This document shows, piece after piece, positions 16,808 through 23,787 of a stretch of DNA of 27,006 bases. The stretch's first letter is position 1. The number at the start of each line of letters is the position of its first letter. The notes below the pieces were generated by a model, which ran no database searches, was not told the origin of the DNA, and was given only the letters and a program-made list of their open reading frames with translations. This DNA comes from Candidatus Thorarchaeota archaeon (GTDB lineage Archaea; Asgardarchaeota; Thorarchaeia; Thorarchaeales; Thorarchaeaceae): contig JBHLRZ010000039.1 of the NCBI GenBank assembly GCA_048882045.1, forward strand, positions 1-27,006, written 5' to 3'. Made by a program: the position numbers and the translations under genes.

Positions 16808-16891
16808 ACCACTTTGCACTTTGTAAGAAGTGATTATATCTTTCTACTGGACGCTATAATACTCAATAATTCGGTTGTTGATTCTTAGAAA

Positions 16892-17638
16892 CTATGGTTT
16901 CTTGCTAACCGCATAAAGAATGCCAGCCTTGGATGTCACATGTATGTCTTTAAGACCAACTTCAGTGAGTATTTCTTCAAGTTCCTCGGTGCTGATGCCG
17001 GGCGACTCATCGAGCCCAAATACATCATTGAAAAGAACTTCAGCAAAAACATTCTCGGTCTTCTCGATTTCGACTATTAGAAGTGTGCCATCTTCCTTGA
17101 GAACTCTATACAAACGATGGGCATAGTTCCAAATTTCTTGAACCTCTTTCCCAATTAGACAACCAACACCTAAGAAACTCAACACAATATCATAAGTATC
17201 AGATAGTTCATCTAGATTATAGGAGTATGTTACATTGGATTGTCTGTATGCCCGTTTTACTTCTTCATGTTCGAAAGTACTCAAAATTCTTTGACCTGGT
17301 CTAATCTTTACCAGCTCTCTTACAACTTCAATTATCCGCTTCATGTGTAGAGATACGTCGCAGCAGAATAGTCTTGCAGATGACATCAGATGATTTCTGA
17401 GCTCCGCGGCTCCAGTCTCAGTTATGGAGGCAATCTTCCTCCTAACTGAACCCGTCCTCTCTGTTCTCTGTTCAATTAAACCTCTTTCTCTGAGGGTTTC
17501 CAATGCAGGATATATAGTACCTGGACTGTTGATTCCCAATTTCTCCATCAACTCAGTCCCGGTCATCTGTTTGCTTCGTAGAGCCATCATGATCTTGACT
17601 TGTAGAGGGCCGGTGATTATTGACCTACTGACACTCAT
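16892..17638 (-). CDS. PadR-family regulator fused to a degenerate methyltransferase-like domain
   Basis: MTGTELM...SPGTIYPALETL..GLIE...ITETG; linker FCCD; C-terminal YDIVLS, YRVLKEDGTLLIVE. Confidence 0.8.
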   Translation of the reverse strand: MSVSRSIITGPLQVKIMMALRSKQMTGTELMEKLGINSPGTIYPALETLRERGLIEQRTERTGSVRRKIASITETGAAELRNHLMSSARLFCCDVSLHMKRIIEVVRELVKIRPGQRILSTFEHEEVKRAYRQSNVTYSYNLDELSDTYDIVLSFLGVGCLIGKEVQEIWNYAHRLYRVLKEDGTLLIVEIEKTENVFAEVLFNDVFGLDESPGISTEELEEILTEVGLKDIHVTSKAGILYAVSKKP

Positions 17639-17674
17639 ATCTGCCACCTTAGTCTATTTTCAGCACAAGCCCTT

Positions 17675-17705
17675 ATGTCAATATCGGTCATACCGATGAT
17701 GACAT
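17675..17705. promoter_or_regulatory. Putative PadR operator upstream of the PadR fusion gene
   Basis: ATGTCA-AT-ATCGGT-CAT-ACCGAT-GA-TGACAT nested palindrome. Confidence 0.7.
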
Positions 17706-17816
17706 GTGCTGAGTTGATGCAGCTAGTTGAATACTCAGATTCCCACTTTGTGAGAAGTCGTTCTTTCGAATGGAGTGTAGGGAAACTCATGACACGCAAC
17801 GTCAAGGAGGAAGGTG

Positions 17817-19886
17817 TTAGAGAGAGAGAAGTCTAGCGTTTATCGCAACAATGACCGTACTTAGTGACATTAGCGCAGCTCCGATAGCAGGACTAAGCAA
17901 TATTCCGACGGAGTAAAGTGCACCGGCTGCGAGAGGAATCGCTAAGGCATTATAGCCCGTAGCCCATATGAGGTTCTGAACCATCTTGCGGTAAGTTGCT
18001 CGTGAGAGACCCAGCAATGTAGCTACATCACGAGGATCGTTTTGAACAAGAACAATATCTGCGGTTTCGATTGCAACATCTGTGCCAGCTCCAATCGCTA
18101 TACCAACGTCAGCTTGAGCAAGGGCAGGTGCATCATTAATTCCATCACCCACCATTGCGACAGTCAGACCTCTGGTCTGCACTTCGCGTATTTTTTCTGC
18201 TTTCTCGTGTGGCATAACCTCGGCGAAGTAGTCGTCAAGTCCAAGTTCGGTCGCCACCCATTTTGCCACATGCTTGTTGTCGCCAGTCAACATCATGACC
18301 TGAATTCCCATCTCCTTTAGGTGATTGACTGCTTCTTTTGATTCAGGTCGAATGACATCCCCCAAGGCTAGCGCCCCAACAATCGTACCATCAACTAAAA
18401 CGTAGACAATCGTTTGACCTGTTTTGGATATTTCCCCAAGACTCTCATCGTCAGGTAGCATCTGATGCTCTCTCAAGAATGCCGGACCCACAACTGATAT
18501 CTCTTGATCCCCAACAAATCCTGTAGCACCTTGTCCGGGTATTGTCCTAAAGCTGTGGGCATGCTGATTTGATAGACCTCGCTCTCTCGCACCACGAACT
18601 ATTCCTTGTGCGATTGGATGTTCTGAATGAGTTTCTAACGATGCCGCTAGTTCAAGCAATTCTGATTCGTCCATATCACCGAATGAAATCACTTCTGTCA
18701 CAGAGAACTTTCCTTCAGTAAGAGTTCCTGTCTTGTCAAAGATTATTGCTTGAATCCCTCTAGCCTTCTCAAAGGCAGCTCTGTTACGAACTAGAAGTCC
18801 ATTCTGAGCAGCAAGAGATGTTGAAACAGCGACGACCAATGGCACTGCAAGACCCAATGCGTGAGGACATGTAATGACCATGACAGTCACAGATCTTTCC
18901 ATGGCAAACTGCAATGGGGCTTGAAGGAACACCCAACCGAGCAGTGTAACTGTTCCCACAGTTAAGGCAATCAAAGTCAAAAAGAATGATGCGCGATTTG
19001 CTAAGTCTTGAGTATGTGAACGACTGGCTTGAGCCTGACGTACCAATTCAATCACCTGTGAGAGAAAGGTTTCATCCCCAATCTTAACAATCTCAACTTC
19101 GATGCTGCCATCGCCGTTAATAGCACCACCAATGACTGAATCATTTGGCTGTTTTTCAACGGGTCTGGATTCGCCTGTTATCATCGCCTCATTCATGCTT
19201 GTATAACCTTCCACCACTACACCATCAGACGGAACCCGTTCTCCAGGCTTCACCAAGACTCTGTCTTTTCGTTTCAGCTGTACTAAAGGAACCTCAATCA
19301 CAACTCCATCCGTTTGAATCAAATGAGCTGTTGATGGCAACAATTTCGCTAGTTCCTCTAGCGCACGCGAAGCCCCCATTATCGATCGCATCTCAATCAA
19401 ATGGCCAACTAGCATTACATCAACTAGTGTTGAGAGTTCCCAAAAGAATAGGACTCCTTCCAATCCAAAAACAACAGCAGTACTATATGCGTATGCAACT
19501 GTGATAGCCACTCCCACGAGTGTCATCATTCCAGGCAATTTGTTTCGCAGTTCACGGACGAGTCCAGAAAGAAATGGATATCCACCATATAGATAGATTG
19601 TACTCGATAATAGGAAGAGGACAAGTGTGTCCCCTGGAAACTCAAGAAATGTCAGTCCCAGTAGAGTCCTGATTAAGGGAGACAACACTATGACTGGTAA
19701 TGTCAGGACTAATGATACGATTAAGCGATTTCGAAAGTCCTTGGCCATCATTTCATGATGGCCTTTGTGCGACTTTTCTGAGTGGCCCATTTGCTCATGG
19801 TCGATGCCCTTTTGCTTAATGACATCATCCATTTCCTGATCATCTTCGCTGTTACTATCGTGTTTCATATGTTCGTGGGTCATCAC
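17817..19886 (-). CDS. copB: Copper-translocating P1B-3-type ATPase
   Basis: His/Met-rich N-terminus, TGES, CPH, DKTGT, HP, TGD, GDGINDAP, YN and MSLS. Confidence 0.93.
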   Translation of the reverse strand: MMTHEHMKHDSNSEDDQEMDDVIKQKGIDHEQMGHSEKSHKGHHEMMAKDFRNRLIVSLVLTLPVIVLSPLIRTLLGLTFLEFPGDTLVLFLLSSTIYLYGGYPFLSGLVRELRNKLPGMMTLVGVAITVAYAYSTAVVFGLEGVLFFWELSTLVDVMLVGHLIEMRSIMGASRALEELAKLLPSTAHLIQTDGVVIEVPLVQLKRKDRVLVKPGERVPSDGVVVEGYTSMNEAMITGESRPVEKQPNDSVIGGAINGDGSIEVEIVKIGDETFLSQVIELVRQAQASRSHTQDLANRASFFLTLIALTVGTVTLLGWVFLQAPLQFAMERSVTVMVITCPHALGLAVPLVVAVSTSLAAQNGLLVRNRAAFEKARGIQAIIFDKTGTLTEGKFSVTEVISFGDMDESELLELAASLETHSEHPIAQGIVRGARERGLSNQHAHSFRTIPGQGATGFVGDQEISVVGPAFLREHQMLPDDESLGEISKTGQTIVYVLVDGTIVGALALGDVIRPESKEAVNHLKEMGIQVMMLTGDNKHVAKWVATELGLDDYFAEVMPHEKAEKIREVQTRGLTVAMVGDGINDAPALAQADVGIAIGAGTDVAIETADIVLVQNDPRDVATLLGLSRATYRKMVQNLIWATGYNALAIPLAAGALYSVGILLSPAIGAALMSLSTVIVAINARLLSL

Positions 19887-20213
19887 CTAGTCCTCCGCGT
19901 TTTTCCTAAGGGATTGGTTCAAAACCGTAATAAGTACATCGAGGGGCGGAACACCACCGTAGAGGGCTAACTCTTCATTAATGAAGAGTGCTGGCGCGAT
20001 TGCAAACCCATAATCTTCAAAGTGTGGTCGAATTTGACTGATGAGTTTCTCGTAACCTCCAAACATCACAGCTGTAACAGGCAAAATCTCAATCGATGCA
20101 GTCAACCCTATCTTCTCAAGAGTCTCCTCAAGTCGTGACCGATACTGTTGATCATATGACTCCATGCGTGGGTCACAGCATGCTGCTGATAAAATTACGA
20201 GTTTGTTAGTCAT
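19887..20213 (-). CDS. Small thioredoxin-fold protein with vicinal Cys (ArsD/MTH895-like)
   Basis: SAACCDP near the N-terminus; APALFINEEL..YGGVP; overlaps the arsA stop and abuts the copB start. Confidence 0.65.
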   Translation of the reverse strand: MTNKLVILSAACCDPRMESYDQQYRSRLEETLEKIGLTASIEILPVTAVMFGGYEKLISQIRPHFEDYGFAIAPALFINEELALYGGVPPLDVLITVLNQSLRKNAED

Positions 20214-21126
20214 ATAGTATTGCTCCTATCCTTCTCAAGCTAGCGATACCATGGATGTCTGTTTCGAGAAGAGGGACCATCCTTCTTGACATGCCGTTGA
20301 ACCTTGCATCGATGTCTTGCAGGTACACTTCCTGGGTCGCTTTTCTTCTCTCGAGAAACCAATTCCCATCGAGAACATTTGTCTGAATGACCTCATTTAC
20401 AATAAGTGCCTGCACAGTTATGGAAAATCCAGCCAAATCCTCAATAGCTCTTGAGGTTTCAGCGATAGGTAGCCTTTCTGGCAGGAGGACAAGACTGAAT
20501 GCTGTCTTCTTGGAGTCTGAGAGGTTTCTTATTGCCTCATCGTATCTTTTCTTTTCGCTCTCTAGCCCTTCAATCATATCTTGATCGCTGGCCCAACCAA
20601 GCGCTGTAGACAATTCAGTTCTACTCTTAATCTGTTGAGCCATAAAATCTGACCAATCAAAAGGCATTGAAAGCTCCCTAAGGGTGTGTCCAGTAGGAGC
20701 AGTGTCGAAGATAATCCTATCATGTTTCTGATTCTGCATGAAACTCACAAACTGGTCGAAGGCTGCCATCTCTTCCGCACAGGGCGTATTCATCACTCCG
20801 CTGCCAAATAGGCTCGTGAGGTTCTGCGTGAAATTCTGAAGCCGTTGCTGGAAAGCTCCTGTTGCTTTCTTTGGGTTGATAGTGAGTCCACTCAAGTTCT
20901 CAAAACCCTTTATTTTAGTGAGACTTGTTTCGCCAATATCTTGTTCAAATATCGCTGGAAGACTTACTGTGGGATCAGTGGCGATTACGAGGGTATCATA
21001 ACCTTGGTCTGCTAACCAAACGGCTGTCGAAGCCGCCATAGTAGTCTTGCCTACTCCACCTTTTCCTCCAAAAAAGAGGAATTCGTGGTTTTTCATTAAT
21101 CTCGTGAATTCATCTGTAGTTTTCAT
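20206..21126 (-). CDS. arsA: ArsA/GET3-family ATPase, single-domain, Cys-containing (ArsA-like)
   Basis: GKGGVGKTT, TDP, PCAEE and DTAPTGHT; ATG 21126 preferred. Confidence 0.85.
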   Translation of the reverse strand: MKTTDEFTRLMKNHEFLFFGGKGGVGKTTMAASTAVWLADQGYDTLVIATDPTVSLPAIFEQDIGETSLTKIKGFENLSGLTINPKKATGAFQQRLQNFTQNLTSLFGSGVMNTPCAEEMAAFDQFVSFMQNQKHDRIIFDTAPTGHTLRELSMPFDWSDFMAQQIKSRTELSTALGWASDQDMIEGLESEKKRYDEAIRNLSDSKKTAFSLVLLPERLPIAETSRAIEDLAGFSITVQALIVNEVIQTNVLDGNWFLERRKATQEVYLQDIDARFNGMSRRMVPLLETDIHGIASLRRIGAILYD

Positions 21127-21212
21127 CGGTATAACCGATATTGGATTGACCGATATAGATATAATCATTCGTGTTGGAATCCGATATTGACCGCAAGGGT
21201 GGCTGATATTGA
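21123..21212. promoter_or_regulatory. Putative PadR operator plus extra half-sites at the arsA start
   Basis: Reverse complement of 21123-21143 equals 17679-17699 at 20/21 positions; extra C(C/T)GATAT half-sites near 21150, 21181 and 21203. Confidence 0.7.
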
Positions 21213-21262
21213 CTTAGTAGAACGGTAAATCCTAGTACGAGAACTGAAATTGTATAAATATG

Positions 21263-21331
21263 AGGGAGTGCTTAACAGAGTGAGGAGAGGAAAGTTCCCT
21301 GTTAACCAAATCCCGTAAGTTTCTACCTCTT
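21263..21331 (+). repeat. Dispersed repeat copy (core)
   Basis: AGGGAGTGCTTAACAGAGTGAG...GGAAAGTTCCCTGTTAACCAAATCCCGTAAGTTTCTACCTCTT. Confidence 0.8.
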
Positions 21332-21613
21332 GCCAGAGTAGAGACTCGGTGAAATTTCTAGGGCTGTTTTTCTAACGCTCTCTTCAGACGGGAATTTTCT
21401 GAGAAGCAACCGACCTGATGGATAGACTGTGATAGATTGTCCATCTTCACCTTCAAGAATCAATATCACAGGTAATTTAACTCGAATCCTCATCCTAGTG
21501 AGTGATGCTAATTCTTCACTGACCGATATAAGATCAAGTTTGGTCCTCTGCCTGGATTTCACCTCAAAAGCTGCACCATCAGAACAAAGTTTGATGATGA
21601 AAGGGTCAGACAT
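21323..21613 (-). CDS. Small hypothetical protein (TBP-like / ThiF C-terminal-like fold suspected)
   Basis: Overlaps the thiI stop; KLC, KLDL and ITVYPSGRLLLR pattern. Confidence 0.6.
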   Translation of the reverse strand: MSDPFIIKLCSDGAAFEVKSRQRTKLDLISVSEELASLTRMRIRVKLPVILILEGEDGQSITVYPSGRLLLRKFPSEESVRKTALEISPSLYSGKR

Positions 21614-22643
21614 TCTCACTACCCTCCTTTAGGATTAATACTTCGGAATCAGAAATTTCAGCAGCTATCCAACCCATGTCCATCTTCTCTTCTATCGGTT
21701 TAATAGTATCAGGATTTGAATAGACCGTGGGGTACTTGGGAGGTAATGAGCAACATGAAACAGCTTCATGGGCAAATTCGTATGTGCGAATCCTCATTGC
21801 CATTTTCAAAATCTCGTCCTTGTCATTTCCAATGCAGGGTCTCAAGATGGGAATCTCAGTTACTGCAGTTTCCTCAGCAAGTAGATTCCTGGTCGTCTGA
21901 GAGGCCTGTTCTCCTATTATCTCGCCAGTTACAATTGCATCAGCATTTTCTATAAAAGCCACTTCTTGGGCCAGTCGATACATATTTCTCCTGCAAAAAA
22001 CACATGTCATCTTTCGTGGAGCATGTCGAAGCACTTCAGTCAAATCTTCGCCATGGGGGACAACATACATCTTAATCTCATGACCATAGATGTACTCAGT
22101 GAGCCTCTTTGCTTGTCGGATTGCTAGGTTTCGAGTAGATTCATCCCCAAAAGGAACATTGTCGAAATGGAGGAAGACCGGCACACAACCTCTTTTCATC
22201 ATCTTATAAGCTGCAATAGGAGAGTCAAGACCTCCGGAAATTGTACACACGACTTTTCCTTGACTTCCTGTGGGCATGCCACCCACACCATCAGTCCACT
22301 CCTTTGACAGGAACACCTTGTCATCGCATACCTCTCTGTTATAGGTGTCCGTTAAGAGAGAAGACTCAGTATCTGGTGAAACTATCACTGGTGCTGCGTG
22401 TGAAACGCCAAAGACTCCAGATGCAACTTTGTAAACCTCTAAGGCGTCGCTTGTACTGATGTAGATGAAGTGGCACACAGGTAGGATTTTGTCGAATGGA
22501 ATGTCATGGTATCTCAATGCAGATTTGAGATTCCTAATGAGTTGTGTAGTCAGATGTTTTTTGCTTTCTGATGAATGATACTGAAGCTCATCACATCTGA
22601 GCAACACTCCATCATATCCTTCCAATTGTTTCACTGCTTCCAT
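21606..22643 (-). CDS. thiI: ThiI-like PP-loop sulfurtransferase, Fe-S type, THUMP domain apparently shortened or absent
   Basis: GGMPTGSQG, SGGLDSP, MMKRG, CVFCRR, TGE..GEQASQT, RPCIG.DK and SCC..P.YP. Confidence 0.8.
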   Translation of the reverse strand: MEAVKQLEGYDGVLLRCDELQYHSSESKKHLTTQLIRNLKSALRYHDIPFDKILPVCHFIYISTSDALEVYKVASGVFGVSHAAPVIVSPDTESSLLTDTYNREVCDDKVFLSKEWTDGVGGMPTGSQGKVVCTISGGLDSPIAAYKMMKRGCVPVFLHFDNVPFGDESTRNLAIRQAKRLTEYIYGHEIKMYVVPHGEDLTEVLRHAPRKMTCVFCRRNMYRLAQEVAFIENADAIVTGEIIGEQASQTTRNLLAEETAVTEIPILRPCIGNDKDEILKMAMRIRTYEFAHEAVSCCSLPPKYPTVYSNPDTIKPIEEKMDMGWIAAEISDSEVLILKEGSENV

Positions 22644-22800
22644 CAGTTATGAATCCAAAGAAAAACTTCGCATCTTTCAGTGAAATTTCGCTGATATTCA
22701 GATAAAGCTGATGACATGGTTGTTCTGTCAACTGGACTAACGAATTGACCAATTCTCAATGCTTAAGACTGCCAGATGAAAGTTGATTTTGAATAGAAGA

Positions 22801-23610
22801 ATGAATGCTAGTAATAAGAAGTTCGACAAGATCAGCAGAATGTTTAGTGGAAAGACGATTTTGGTTGCGTTTAGTGGGGGTGTGGACAGCACTGTTCTCG
22901 CACACATTGCTAGAGAATCAGCAGCTAAAACGAAGCTATTGACTATTGATAGCATTACATTCCCAAGATCAGAATTGAAAGCAGCTGAAGATGTAGCAGA
23001 GGAACTGGATATCGAACTAGAAATTATACAGGTTGACGAGCTCTCAAACAAAGAACTAGTCAAGAATCCTGTAGATAGATGCTATCATTGCAAGAAAGAA
23101 CTATCATCTGTCTGGTTGGAAGCCGCAAAGAATCTTGGTATAGATTTAGTCGTAGAAGGGACTAATGCTAGTGAAATGGGTGGACATCGACCTGGAGCTA
23201 AAGCGCTTGAGGAAGCTGGGATTGTTTCACCTTTCATAGATGCAGGTGTTACGAAGGAAGAAATTCGGACTTATGCAAGAGAGGTGGGACTTTCAGTTGC
23301 AGACAAACCATCCATGGCTTGTCTCTCAAGCAGATTTCCTTACGGTACTGAAATAACCGAAGAGCGTGTTAGGAAAATTGATAGAGTAGAGAAGAAAGTG
23401 AAGGAGATTTTTGGCATCGAGTGTGTGCGTGCAAGATTCCACGGAGATTTGGTACGGATTGAAGTAGGGAGAGATGAGAGAGAGAGATTATTTGATGAAA
23501 GCAAATTGGATAAGCTAAATAAGTTTGCTAAAATTGTTGGATTCAAGTATGTCACATTTGATGCTTTTGGATATAGAACCGGTGCTATGAACGAGGTTCT
23601 AGAGTCTTAG
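22801..23610 (+). CDS. larE: ATP-dependent sulfur insertase LarE
   Basis: AFSGGVDS, NP.DRCYHCK, GTNA...HRPG, KPSMACLSSRFPYG, R.R.HG...RIE and GYRTG. Confidence 0.92.
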   Translation: MNASNKKFDKISRMFSGKTILVAFSGGVDSTVLAHIARESAAKTKLLTIDSITFPRSELKAAEDVAEELDIELEIIQVDELSNKELVKNPVDRCYHCKKELSSVWLEAAKNLGIDLVVEGTNASEMGGHRPGAKALEEAGIVSPFIDAGVTKEEIRTYAREVGLSVADKPSMACLSSRFPYGTEITEERVRKIDRVEKKVKEIFGIECVRARFHGDLVRIEVGRDERERLFDESKLDKLNKFAKIVGFKYVTFDAFGYRTGAMNEVLES

Positions 23611-23645
23611 CGAATTGAGTATCGTGCATTATGACTTATGCAAAA

Positions 23646-23689
23646 GAGATAGTTCCCTGTTCACCCAACCCTGTCAGCCTTTACTTCTT
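23646..23689 (+). repeat. Dispersed repeat copy lacking the left end
   Basis: GAGATAGTTCCCTGTTCACCCAACCCTGTCAGCCTTTACTTCTT aligns closely to 7607-7649. Confidence 0.8.
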
Positions 23690-23787
23690 ATCCATCTAAA
23701 GATTCCATTATGAATCCAAATTCTTTAACAGAAACAACAGACAGATTGACATGAGATATATAGACAAGAGTTGAAAAAAAGTTAGGA

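Noticed and set aside
20206-21126. GET3/TRC40 tail-anchored protein insertase
   Set aside because: PCAEE motif and metal-resistance context favour an ArsA-like function
22647-23720. 13-bp direct repeat TTATGAATCCAAA flanking larE (22647-22659, 23708-23720)
   Set aside because: AT-rich 13-mer matches are expected by chance in 27 kb; no element ends support a target-site duplication
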